DNA of 64,000 bases from Octopus sinensis. Its lineage: Eukaryota. Under the pieces are notes generated by a model, which searched no databases, was not told where the DNA came from, and worked only from the letters and a program-made list of their open reading frames with translations. Made by a program: the position numbers and the translations under genes. The stretch covers positions 124,001 through 188,000 of the forward strand of contig NC_043013.1 of the NCBI RefSeq assembly GCF_006345805.1. Direction: 5' to 3'. Below are positions 25,541 to 38,630 of the stretch, one piece after another. Within the stretch, counting starts at the first letter, position 1; the number at the start of each line of letters is the position of its first letter.

Positions 25541-28500
25541 ATTGACCCAACGCTCTAACTTCTTAACGACATATAAGATTATGTAGCTCTATAGACATCC
25601 TTAGTTTGGATGGTCACGGCTGATATGACTATGACCATGGAAACTCCTTAATGGCTTCGGGTGTCGTTTAGTCTGAGATCAGTATTGATATGGCACTAAA
25701 AACAAATAAATAGCAGTAATATATTTGGGTCGGTTTAATAAACTACGCATCGACAGAAATTGGGTTTGGGTCACCGGAAGAAATCAATACTAAGTTACAC
25801 ATGCGAACCACTAATGGAGACTTACTGTACCAGGAGAAGAAAAAACAAAAAATTCCCTCAAATCACAACCAACTGGCTTTATAATATATAGAATTAAAAC
25901 GGGGTGGTCATGATTAAAATACCAATTAGGTCCGACCGGGATCTAAACAACACATGGAACCAACTGAAAGTCTCTTTATGCTCGTATTATCTGCTAGAAC
26001 TAAAAGCCAAATTTCTATCAAAGTCACATCTTCTATAAGACAAAGGAAGTGCATATTGAGTATTGTAGTCTGAGATAAATAATTTCTCAGAAAACAGAAC
26101 GAACAAGAACAGAAAGCATTTGATCATAAATAAGGTCTGCTCAATAAGAGTGGACCAGGTGCTAGAAAGTACAGAACGTTGGTGTACTGACGACCATCTC
26201 TGGCAGGATAAACCCGCTTTCAATCCACGGATCTAGATACATGTCTCAACTTCGAAATGCAATCGTTTATCAAATTATTAGTGTAACGGTCAGTGCATGT
26301 TGCATTTTCTCTACAGTCTGACTTTCATACACAGTATGTGTATATGTTTCCCCATTAGTCCCATCGCGACAGTCGTGCTTTCTCCTAGGGAGAGTGGATT
26401 GCCCCACCAACGCATTCTTTTCTAAGAAGGTACAGTGTGAATTAAGGAAGACTTGGCTGTTATTTCCAGCAAATCGAGTGACTTCATAAGTTGAATATTT
26501 TAGTTTCTGGAAATGGCCACAAGTGAAGTAGACATGGAGTGTAGTCGATTTGAGTCTGTACTTGCTGTGTGTCTAGACTGAGATGTAGGGTTAATGCTTT
26601 ACAACGGTGAGTAATGTTGTTGGGTGTTAGGGATAAATCAATGTTAATAGTTGATGGGTCAGAGTTTATTGCAATAACAGTCTCGCATGTCCATGCTGAT
26701 CTTTCATTTTGAGTACTTTTATTTCATTGTTTGTAGGTGATCGTTGTGATCTACAGACAGAAGATGATGATGCGAAGTGCACTATTTTGTTCTTGGGAGT
26801 GTGTCCGGCCCAGTTAGGATTGGCATAATCGATGAAGGATAGAAATGTATCGTTTGTACACTCACTAACGAAAGAGCTTGATAGTCTAGAATTAGCAGCG
26901 AAATACTAGTCAAAATACACCTTGGCATCTTAAAAAGAGAAACCTTTGAAATGTCTCAATCCTCAAACGAGACGGAACAAGTCACAAAGACAAGAGAAAG
27001 CATCTTCACAACAGTTCTTTTCTTTCTTTTTACTTTTAATAAAGCGATCCCCGACTGCGTGTCTAGACTAGGGTTACTTGATACGTTCTGAAACAAGGAG
27101 TGGGCCCCACTTCTATACTTACTTTACTCTTCTGGCACCCCCTACACAAAATTAAAATGAGATCTTGCAGAGAAGGGCGATCGACCGTCGGCGGGATTTG
27201 AACTAACAATGTATGCATGTTCTATCATTCATACCAACAAGCCTGGTAATTTGATCTTATTGCCGACATACTTCTCTCTAAAATAATTTTATATATAAAA
27301 AAAAAAAAGGTCTGATGCAGGAGGGGGAGCATGATGTTTAAATTATCATAAAGAAGATGAAAAACAACCAACTTATAAGAAATTTCGAAACAAAATTAAA
27401 AAACTCTGAATCCCGAAACAAATACAATAACAATTTTCATCAATATTTTTTTAAAGAAGTTTATGGTTAACCGCTGCAAAATTTGAACTCCAAAACTAAA
27501 CTGAGGAAGAAGAAAAAAAAGGAAAATAAGAGAAAAAAGAAAAAGTCAGAGCAAATGTGAACAGAAAGTTGCGAGAGTGATAAAATAGGCAAAAAGAAAA
27601 GAAATGAAGAAAATGAAAATAAAAGTGAATGAATGAATGAACGGCTGGACGGGTCTTACAAACATTTTGACAAAAGAGTTGAACAGTTTCAACTGTGAAA
27701 CTATTGAAACCCACGTGGGACGAACGATCAACAATCTTTCTTTTAATTTCATTTTTAAATAGACATGTGGCCTCTAGATTTATACACACACGCGAAGATG
27801 GTGGAGATAGGAGGGTGAATCTAGACATCGGTGCCTTTTTGAAGAAAACGATTTAAAGATGCAAGAAAATTATATCATTTTCCTAATACATAAAACAGCT
27901 ATTAAGGAGAAAGTAAAAACGAACATAATCCAAAATTCTGTATACGGACCTAAAACACTCAAATGGGGGTGGACGAATTTTAAATCAATAAAATTAGAAT
28001 TGATAGAACGACAAACTGTTTTAAGTCCTTTTGGCCGAGATCGATAAAAGCAGTCTCAATCATCCCCAAATGCTGATTTAATTATCTTCTCACCTTTTAT
28101 AATTTGAACTTTTAGTGCTTTTTAGATACAATTATTATTATTATTGTTATTCAGATCACGCCGAGCGCTGTTCGTCCTTTGAATAAAAAGAAGTACCTGT
28201 CTAGCAGTGGAGTCCAAACTAACGCATCCCCTCAAAATTACTGGTCTGCGCCTAAATTGGAAGCAATTAATTATTAGGGTCGAGGCACGTTCTGAACTCA
28301 TCGGCAACAACAAGACATGTCTGAGTCCCTTGAGAAAATCCAGAACGTTACATAAATAGACCTTCCCTTGCTATCGAGAAGTAGAGACAGCAGCAAAGAG
28401 CAGAATAATGGGGTTGATATACAATAAATACCAGTAATATACTGAGAAAATGTGTAAGCAGCTATACTCGCTATCAGAATTGACGTTGTGTCTACCCATA

Positions 28501-31500
28501 AGAAATCAGTGTCATTACTGTTTATTTATTTATAGAACTTTTAACGACAGATTTAGAACTTGAGCCAGCATATTCTATGGATATAATAGTAATTAACAAA
28601 AGTAGGAGTAAGCTAAGAATAAAAATGTATTCACATGCTTAGAAAATGAGTATATAGTAATTATTTCCCGGATGAAATAAGTGTGTACGCAATTTCATTT
28701 GCGCACGAATATACAAATATAGGTAGGAGGATTCAAATTTTCAACGCATTAATGTAAACTAGATAGACTATAGTTATTATTATTATTATGGTTGCAAATT
28801 TTGCCACAAGGACAGCAATTTGGGAAGAGGGGGTGAGTCGGTTACATCGACCCCCAGTGCTCAATAATAAAATGAAAGTATGTAACAAAGTTTGAAAAGA
28901 AGTAGCTGACATAACGGAGATGATCTATTTTATGCAGACATATGATTAAATCAAGATTATGTATACATACATACATACACACACATTTCTAAGCATGTCT
29001 GAAGCGTCATCAACATTGCATGGTGCAATGATCGGCGCGAAACTGACGGTAATATTATGCCATACGCCATAACCAGTAATATACTGCTTGCGTGTGTAAT
29101 CGATGCAACAGGCTCTATGAGCTGTGTCGCGGATTTTGTGACTATGTCGTTGTTTGGTCCCAGGTCAGTCCCGATTCAGCAGGCTTGTAATAATTAATGT
29201 TCCAGCCATGACCATTCCATATTTTCAATATCCAGGTCATTAACCAATAACTGGAGGTGATGAAAGAATTTGACTGCTACTTCTGGCAAGTCGAACGACC
29301 GCCTGGTTCCCTCCCCGGTTCGTCAAATAAAGTTGCTATGTCATACACAATGTTTCCCGAAATCCAAGGGCGCCGAAAACATCAGTTTATTATAAAGACA
29401 AAATTCCACTTCAATATTCTGGATTGGACGCTAGTCCACCACAGACGTTTTTGGAGAACTTTAAGAAGCTAAAAACTATTTTCGTAGAAACCGAGGCAAG
29501 ACGTTAAGTGTTGATCGGCGACGAACTCCGGCGTGTATATAAGCAACATGTGTGTGTGTAAATAGTAGTTTGTTTAGCATACTAGTAAAAACTGAACATT
29601 CACAAGTAAATAAAAAACAAATAAAGAGTGGAAAAAGAGAGGTGGGCTGATTATTCTGCGAACAGGAACTGGCCATCAGCTTTTTTTTATGAATGATTTT
29701 AAGTTAAGGTGTTGAGAAAGCAAGCTACTATACTATGTATACTATATAAAAATCAGCAGTAGCTCGCTAAAACAGCGTGGTTTCACTGAATGAAAATAAA
29801 AATTAACTGTTGGAAAATAAGAAGGGCGCCAGGAGGTTATCAACATAATACAAAAAAACATACATCGCTCCAGTAAATACAGAGATACACACATTATTGT
29901 AACTCAATTCTTATTGAGTACTTGACCGTTATGTCTACTGCTAGAGAAAATTGATCGAGCAATACATACATCTATGCATATTATAGTGTGCATCGAGGTG
30001 TGTGCAAATTATACACACATCTGGGGTTTACAGGTAGACGAACGAATGAGATTTAAGAAGCAGATGCTTCAGAAATGGCTACGCATTTCTTTTAAAAGGT
30101 AAACGAAGAACAATATGACATTACACAAAACTCGCTTTCTAATAACGAAAGCCTGTGTGAGAGAGATGGGACTGTGTGTAGGAGTAGGAGAAAAAGTATA
30201 ATGTTAGATCACTGGAATTTGTTGGCAAAGAGACAAGCCCTTGCCATATTCCACGTGGTGAATGCCAGCCGTAAATATGTCTGTAAACGCATACACTATA
30301 TATATATATATATATATTTTACACATTTGTGTGTATATTTTATATATATGTTTTCCATATAAAAAACTTTTTCGAAGTTTGGGCAAATATCAAAGAAATC
30401 GAGAAAAGGATGTCTGAGCATTTTACCTAAAAAAAAAAAAAAAAAGGCTGCACGTACAAAGACAAGAGAAAGAGATATCAATTACATAAGTTAAAAGCTG
30501 CACGCATGTAGGATGCACGCGTGCATGCATGTGTGATAATGATTCTATGCACAGATTGCAGCTAACGTTTTATGCATATTGTGCAGACGTGCTTAAATGA
30601 GCTTTGTGCATATTAAGTAACGATGACCATTTTTTTAAAGAAAGCAACAATCAAAAAAACAAATCTTAGCAAATATTTTTAAAAAGAAAACTTTAGTGCA
30701 ATCGAATAAAACGAAAATAGATGAAATCTCCAAGAAATTAGACAAATGTACGTGAAATCAAGCTGAAATTTTTTTTTCGATATTTTTCAAAGAAAAGAAA
30801 AATATCAGCTCTGACAAACTCCTTGTGCATATATAGTTTGGTTGAACTAACCTGTATATTATGAGTGGTAAGTTATTTGCAAGTACCTGCAGATTCACCT
30901 GTAATTAACAGTCAGCCATGTTGAAAGCAAACAGGAAGTGTGAGACTCGGTGAGAGAGAGATTAATAACACGAAATAAATGAAGTAATTAGCAAAGTTGA
31001 TTAACGAAGGAAACTAGACTCTCTTTTAAAGCCTGCACTTGTCAATGTTGCTCAACGGGTGGACCTGGCTTTTTTACAGCAGAAACATTTATTAAAGATC
31101 GCTTCGTCAAGTGTTTTTAAAATAGAAAAAAAAAAAAAACTAAGTTAATGATGAACGGATGCAGCCGAGTTGGAGCAGACAGACTTTCTCGCAGAACGAT
31201 AGGTGGATCGAAGTATTCCTACAGGATCGTGTCATTGCAAGATAAAATAATTTATATCACCTAACAACATTTTTTTCTTTCTTTATCATGAAAACGTCGA
31301 AAGAATCTGGAGGAAAAAAAGCAATGGCGATTTGGAGTGGAATCATTCTGTGAGAACACCTGGATCGAACATTCGATTCAGGTGAAAATAGGTAAACGTG
31401 ATTAAGAAAGATGATTAATTTACATGAAAACTTCTCATCTCAACTACGTTACGAGTAATTAATGCTTTTGTTTTCTTTTTTAAGACAATATGGCCACTGT

Positions 31501-31556
31501 TGATTCAATAAGATCGAGAATTTCTTCTGACGAGACTCAACACTTCATATTTATAG

Positions 31557-31628
31557 AAGAAAGCAAATGAGATTGTGCAAAGGTGCGAGCGGCGTGAGTG
31601 GAGTAAAACAACTGGGAATCGAAACCGG
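31557..31628 (+). other. Candidate 72-nt spliced exon, product unknown
   Basis: CTTCATATTTATAG acceptor and CGG|GTAAGA donor; frame 0 is open (KKANEIVQRCERREWSKTTGNRNR); no recognised homology. Confidence 0.3.
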
Positions 31629-32446
31629 GTAAGAGTGTCGACTCGCCGGGGCAGTTTACCTCTGCTCTACGGCGCACACTGCAGGTGATGATGATGATGA
31701 TGATGATGAAACAAAATTTATAGGTTTTTTTTTTTTTTGTTTTGTGTTTTAATATACGTTCGTAGGATAGGTATGATAACATTCAACCTGCTACTAATTA
31801 TTAAAGGTGACGGTAAAAAAAACCTACGTCGGTAGTGGAGCCGAGCTGAAATTTGAATGGTGAAGCCACCTATTATGGATGAAAAAGTGTAACAACAACA
31901 ATAATAACAGCAGCATCACTTACCTACCTGCTTCATCTAGGAAGGAGAATCGAAATCGGTGTTGGATGAGAAAATATTCCTTAAGATTAAAACATCCAGG
32001 CCAAGCACTAATTTTTTTTTCTACAGGTATATATTACCTTCCATCCCAAGTTAAATCTAAAGAAATTTAAAATCTTATTTAAATATCAACAATTAGATTA
32101 ATTAGTGATTTTATTTATATATTTCATCATCGATGTATATGAAGGGAGTAAAACTTAAGAAAAAGCTATAATATACGGGGTTTTTTTTTATATTTGGATC
32201 GGAGAAAGAGATGTAGGGAGAAAAACCATCGTTTTGCTTTGTAATTTAAAATCAAATTCCCCTAAAAACCGAACTACTTTTACATGATGTTGAATATATA
32301 TTTTGTGTTGTTATTGTAAGTAATTATTTAGGTTTATTTTCGTTTTCTAAACTAATTTTTACTGATCTAACAGAGCTACATGGAAAAGTTTACAGTCGGT
32401 CATAATAAGAAAAATAAGGGACAGATCGATACATATACGTATATAT

Positions 32447-32495
<49 letters not shown>

Positions 32496-32597
32496 ATATA
32501 TATAAAACATCCACATACGCGCACACACACACATATATACAGTACCTTCTCTCCGCAGCAAGAGATGATATCCTTTTTCTGAGACAGAGAAACATCA

Positions 32598-32720
32598 GCT
32601 GCAGCAATAGTTGTAGCAGCGAAGGCGGCGGCGGCGGCGATGGTGGTGGCGGCGGCGGTGATCGTTATTATCGTCGTCATAATAGTGGTGGCGGCGGTGG
32701 TGGTGGTGGTGGTGGTGATA
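32598..32720. repeat. (GGC/GGT/GCA)n trinucleotide repeat
   Basis: Direct reading. Confidence 0.9.
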
Positions 32721-33770
32721 GTAATTCCAACAGACAGTACCTGAACTATTATTCCTGGTAGCGCGAGAGGAGGGTATAAAAAAATACCCTCTTGTAAATA
32801 ACAACAAAAACAACAAATTATGCAATCAACAGGAAAACGGAGAAGTTGTTACATAATTTGGTAATTCTATTGATTCTTACATTAGATCCAATCCAAATAA
32901 CATTTTATTTATTTTCTCTTACCTCCACACAACATTAATAAACTGAAGCCGTGAAGAACAGGTGCGTGGGGGGGAGGGGTGCGAAGAAAGAGATGAAGAA
33001 AATCAAGTTTTTAAAAATCGCATTTTATTATATAATTACAATATTTGACGCTGTTGTTGTTTGTAGTGTTGTTCAGATCAGCGGTGATCTAGCGATCCTA
33101 TGATCAAAAGTGTTCCAGCCATGACCGTCCCGTCTTTGTTCAAACTTATAATATATCCTAAATATCCATTTGCAGTAGGTCAGCAGTGATTTGAGGGAGA
33201 TTTGCTTCTATTTCTAGCAAGTCGAACGGCGGTACAAGAATCCCAGCTTTGCTCATACTGTTGGTGTTGCTGCTGCTGCTGATATCGCTGTCTCCTTTCG
33301 CGCATTTGGTTTCGTTTCTTAAATATCAGACAGTATTTTCGTGTTGCTGGGTGATTCCACAACCAGCTGTGAGGTCGTTGGTTTCAATCTCCTGATCATT
33401 AAACCATATTAAGTTCTTGGTCAAGATATTCAATCTAAACAAATCTGTCTACCAAACTCTATTGCTATCCTTTAGCCCTAGGTCAGCTCTGAGTAAGCAG
33501 ATTTATGATCAAAAGCGTTTCCCTCACGCATTTCATATACAGGACTACATTATGATCATAATGAATGCCCCCTTTTCAAAACAGTATAGTATAATTTGGA
33601 GAAAATTTAGTTGTTATTTCTAGCAGATTCAACAATGCCATAAGACCAATCATGAGCAACCTACAGTCTTCGAAACTTTTTCAGTGGCCGAATGGCCTTA
33701 ATGAGAAATTACTTTGCATTTTATGTGGCACCGGTACCTGTAAAGGACAAGCCTGTACGGGTGGAGGACA

Positions 33771-34350
33771 GTGGTTTTACTTAAATGATTCTAAAGTGCA
33801 GCTCACATGAAGATGGGCCATGTCTCATACAGCCCGTTTCACAAAAACAGGTTGTGGTTTTACTTAAATGATTCTAAAGTGCAGCTCACATGAAGATGGG
33901 CCATGTCTCATACAGCCCGTTTCACAAAAACAGGTTGTGGTTTTACTTAAATGATTCTAAAGTGCAGCTCACATGAAGATGGGCCATGTCTCATACAGCC
34001 CGTTTCACAAAAACAGGTTGTGGTTTTACTTAAATGATTCTAAAGTGCAGCTCACATGAAGATGGGCCATGTCTCATACAGCCCGTTTCACAAAAACAGG
34101 TTGTGGTTTTACTTAATGATTCTAAAGTGCAGCTCACATGAAGATGGGCCATGTCTCATACAGCCCGTTTCACAAAAACAGGTTGTGGTTTTACTTAAAT
34201 GATTCTAAAGTGCAGCTCACATGAAGATGGGCCATGTCTCATACAGCCCGTTTCACAAAAACAGGTTGTGGTTTTACTTAAATGATTCTAAAGTGCAGCT
34301 CACATGAAGATGGGCCATGTCTCATACAGCCCGTTTCACAAAAACAGGTT
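33771..34350. repeat. 83-bp tandem array, 7 copies
   Basis: Units start at 33771, 33854, 33937, 34020, 34103, 34185 and 34268; identical except a 1-nt deletion in unit 5. Confidence 0.97.
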
Positions 34351-35139
34351 GCCTATGCCTACCATGGATGCTCTTTGTTGATCTGCTCACTATTGTAGTT
34401 GTATAACCCTGGGTCAGCCCTGATCAAGCAGTCTCATTATAGGTGTATAATGGTATCTGCCAAACCAGATACCACTATACAACTTTGTTCTTCAATTTAA
34501 CAATTCTGCCAGTCTCCATCTTAGACCAATATCTTTTTTTTTTATTAACCTCCGAGCACAGATAGAATGCCACAAGGTATTTCATCAGACATCCTAATGA
34601 TTCTACCAACTTGCCTTCATATATATGTATGTATGTGTGAAGGCTTGTGGTTTAGTGGTTAGCGTATTCGGCACATGATCAAAAGGGCAGTGAGTTCAAT
34701 ATCTGGTGATGCATTGTGTCCTTGAGCAAGACCCTTTATTTCATGTTGCTCCAGTTCACTCAGCAGGCAAAAACAAGTCGTACAAGTAATTCAAAAGGGA
34801 CCAGCCTTGTCATGTTGGATATCCCTGAGAACTGCATTAAGGTTACATGTGTCTGTGGAGTGCTCAGCCACTTGCATGTCAATTTCACGAGCAGGCTGTT
34901 CCTTTGATTGAATCAACAGAAACCCTTATCATCATAACCAAAGGATTTTCGGTTGTATGTATATGTGCAGGATTATATAATACCCATACGTGCATCTATA
35001 CATTATTGCATGTTATGACTATTTAGCTAAGCTAGCACAAGAATCCACAATAACGGACCTTCTACATGCTTACCTGCTCTGTTAGAAATAGCAGCTGGTG
35101 GAGCATTAAAAAAAATCAACCTTTGCATGTTGGGCCTTA

Positions 35140-36630
35140 CAGAAACAAAGCGGCTGAGTACCTTTCAAGCGTTGGGCCTGACGGAGATAAAGTGGCTGAG
35201 TTCCTTTTGAGCATTTGGCCTCATGGAGGCAAAGTGGCTGAGTTCCTTTCGAGCATTTGGCCTCATGGAGGCAAAGTGGCTGAGTTCCTTTTGAGCATTT
35301 GGCCTCATGGAGGCAAAGTGGCTGAGTTCCTTTCGAGCATTGGGCCTCATGGAGGCAAAGTGGCTGAGTTCCTTTTGAGCATTTGGCCTCATGGAGGCAA
35401 AGTGGCTGAGTTCCTTTCGAGCATTTGGCCTCATGGAGGCAAAGTGGCTGAGTTCCTTTTGAGCATTTGGCCTCATGGAGGCAAAGTGGCTGAGTTCCTT
35501 TCGAGCATTGGGCCTCATGGAGGCAAAGTAGCTGAGTTCCTTTTGAGCATTTGGCCTCATGGAGGCAAAGTGGCTGAGTTCCTTTCGAGCATTTGGCCTC
35601 ATGGAGGCAAAGTGGCTGAGTTCCTTTTGAGCATTTGGCCTCATGGAGGCAAAGTGGCTGAGTTCCTTTTGAGCATTTGGCCTCATGGAGGCAAAGTGGC
35701 TGAGTTCCTTTTGAGCATTTGGCCTCATGGAGGCAAAGTGGCTGAGTTCCTTTTGAGCATTTGGCCTCATGGAGGCAAAGTGGCTGAGTTCCTTTCGAGC
35801 ATTTGGCCTCATGGAGGCAAAGTGGCTGAGTTCATTTTGAGCATTTGGCCTCATGGAGGCAAAGTGGCTGAGTTCCTTTCGAGCATTGGGCCTCATGGAA
35901 GCAAAGTGGATGAGTTCTTTTTGAGCATTTGGCCTCGTGGAGGCAAAGTGGCTGAGTTCCTTTCGAGCATTTGGCCTCATGGAGGCAAAGTGGCTGAGTT
36001 CCTTTTGAGCATTGGGCCACATGGAGGCAAAGTGGCTGAGTTCCTTTTGAGCATTTGGCCTCACAAAGGCAAAGTGTCTGAGTTCCTCTTGAGCACTGGG
36101 CCACATGGAGGCAAAGTGACTGAGTTCCTTTTGAGCATTTGGCCTCACAAAGGCAAAGTGTCTGAGTTCCTCTTGAGCACTGGGCCACATGGAGGCAAAG
36201 TGACTGAGTTCCTTTTGAGCATTTGGCCTCACAAAGGCAAAGTGTCTGAGTTCCTCTTGAGCACTGGGCCACATGGAGGCAAAGTGACTGAGTTCCTTTT
36301 GAGCATTTGGCCTCATGGAGGCAAAGTGGCTGAGTTCCTTTTGAGCATTGGGCCTCATGGAGGCAAAGTGGCTGAGTTCCTTTTGAGTGTTGGGCTAGAT
36401 AGCTGAGTTCATTTTGAGTGGGCCTCATAGAGGCGAGGTGGAGGTGGCTGAGTTCCTTTCGAGCATTGGGCCTCACGGCAGCATATTGGCTGCATTCTTG
36501 GGCCACATAGAGGCAAAGTGGCTGAGTTTCTTTTGAGTGTTGAGCCTCACAGAGGTAAGGCAACTGAGTTCCTTTCAAACGTGTCTCACAGAAGTGAGGT
36601 GGCTGAATACCTTTTGAGTGTTGGGCCTCA
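35140..36630. repeat. 42-bp minisatellite (~30 well-conserved units plus several degenerate ones) expanded inside an RTE-B LINE 3' region
   Basis: Unit GAGCATTTGGCCTCATGGAGGCAAAGTGGCTGAGTTCCTTTT; runs into RTE-B 3' sequence at 36630-36927 ending in (GAT)n. Confidence 0.95.
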
Positions 36631-36930
36631 AGGAAGCAATGACCAAAACCTTTGGCATTATGTCATGCTTCAGAAGAAGATCCATCAAGCTAAGCAAAAC
36701 CACAGTCATGGTAGATACTGGTCTCATGCAAATTGGCATGCATGCCAGTGGCACGTAAAAGCACCTGTTACATTCTCAGAGTGGTTGGTGTTAGGAAGGG
36801 CAGCCAGCTATAGAAAACCATGCCAAATCAGACTGAATCCTGGCACAGCCTTCCAGTGTGCCAGCCCAGTCAAACTGTCCAACCCATGCTGGCATGGACA
36901 GCAGACGTTAAATGATGATGATGATGAACT

Positions 36931-37793
36931 GGTCTGATTAATAAGTGTCTGGACTGTTGCCATAGTAACGAAGCTAAAGCACACAGAGTAAAGCTGCTTG
37001 GCACAGATTGACGTTGAACTCTGTTGTGCATGCGCACTAAGTTTCAACATTCTAGCTCTATTCCGCTGTTTACAGTAGTGCTTGGAAGGAACATGTGTAG
37101 CATGTGATTGTTGCATTGACCCTGACAGAGAAAGTTGAGCAGAGAATCTGCATCATATTTTGCCAAAAGCTTGGTGATACCTGCTTAAGGACCTACGCAA
37201 AGTTTTCATCATTCTCAACACAATCAAAGAGATCTTGTGCAACTGAAACCCAAGAGTCTTTTTGATCAGCCGAAAGTAGTTTTGGCACAAACTTGGCGGA
37301 CACGCCTCTCATACCCAAATCTTCAGTGATAATGGAATGAACTGAACCGTAACTTATCTGCACATCCTCTGATAACTCACAGATAGTGATTCGACAATTT
37401 CCCTTCACTGCTGCATGCACACCTGTGATATTTTTCTCAGTTCAGGTCTCACAGAACGTTCATCAATATCAACAGTCTTTCAACCATCTTGGAAACGTCT
37501 GAACCAATGGTGTGTAGCTCATACACTCCTCTCCATACACTTTCTGCAACTTTGTGTAGGCTTCTGAGCAGGTGTTGCCATGACAAATTTCTCTGTCATG
37601 GACAATACTAAGATCACACGCTAAACACATTCCTTCCAAGCGCTGCTGTAAACAGCGGAAGTGAGCTAGAACATTAAATCTTAGTACACATGCACAGCAG
37701 AGTTCAAGGTGAATCTTTGCCAAGTGGTTTTGCTCTACAAGTTTTAGCTTTGTCACTATGGCAACAGTCCAGATACTTATTGATCAGACCTCA
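36931..37793. mobile_element. mariner-derived palindromic element built from two 5' ends
   Basis: 36931-37205 is an inverted repeat of ~37545-37790; the minus strand encodes a mariner N-terminus (..KLQKVYGEECMS..WFRRF..ITICELSEDVQISYGSVHSIITEDLGMRGVSAKFVPKLL); TA follows the right TIR. Confidence 0.85.
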
Positions 37794-38469
37794 TATGTAT
37801 CATTTAATATTTGCAATTTACAAAAAAGGTACAAATAGTTTCATGCTAATTTATTGTACTTCTAGAGCATGAAACTCTTCGTAGCTCCTTTGTAAATTGT
37901 GAATGTTAAAGGATATTTATCTCTCACTGGATGGAGGTCTTACACAGCTGATCCTATATATATATATATATATGAGTGTCTTTGGTCATCAGACTGCTTA
38001 GTAAGGGTTGGCATAACTAGAAAATCTTTGATCATGAGTCTACCCAGAAAAAGCAGACATGTGACTCAACAACAACATTCTCATTAATACAGTTTGCTAA
38101 TTAATTCAAATGAAGCTAAACATATTTTGGGACTTTCGTTCATGCAATAGGGTTCACAATGAATATGATTATTTGTAATATTTGCAACAGAATTACAGTA
38201 GCAGAATGCTATGGGCTGCAGCCCATGCTGGGGCAGAGCCTTAAAGATAACTGTTAGACTAGTGCAGGGTAATTTTATATAAGTACACCCAGGTTAAAGG
38301 TCATACATAGTCTCACTGTGTCGTTCTGTTTCACTTGATTGCAATTTCATAATTTCCAATTACACTTTAACTGCTGTGTGAGACCCTTAAACAACTTACC
38401 TTTACTCAGTTTACCTGAGAGGTGAAACACAAGTTGTACTCCAACTTCAAAGTTGAAGGATTAATACAG

Positions 38470-38630
38470 AATGGTTCCCAACCTGTGATCCATGGACCCC
38501 CTGGTGGTCCATGAACTAAATTCAAAATTTCATACACACACACACACACACACACATATTTATACACATAAAGATAGGCAATAGGCATATTAAAAGGGAT
38601 TCTTGGTAGTGGAAAGGTTGGGAACCACTG
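38470..38630. mobile_element. Small Charlie/MER5-like hAT MITE
   Basis: TIRs (G)AATGGTTCCCAACC / GGTTGGGAACCACTG. Confidence 0.6.

Larger units (their letters stand above)
24450..33500. promoter_or_regulatory. CpG-retaining, repeat-poor domain, probably an unmethylated regulatory region
   Basis: CG dinucleotides are visibly more frequent than in 1-24 kb and 34-57 kb (judged by eye, not computed); few TE copies; clustered TAATTA, CACCTG/CAGGTG and CAGGAAGT motifs at ~30880-31000. Confidence 0.45.

Noticed and set aside
31610-31680. tRNA-like sequence on the minus strand (TAGAGCAGAGG...GTTTCGATTCC)
   Set aside because: No convincing cloverleaf or acceptor stem and no other copy in the window; it overlaps a plausible plus-strand splice donor
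33771-34350. CRISPR-like array or tandem hammerhead retrozyme
   Set aside because: Head-to-tail identical units with no spacers, in eukaryotic context; minus-strand CTGTATGA/GAAAC does not fit the CUGANGA core or its stems
35066-36406. 446-aa (+) and 397-aa (-) ORFs as protein-coding genes
   Set aside because: They are translations of a 42-bp minisatellite that lacks stops, embedded in a LINE 3' region
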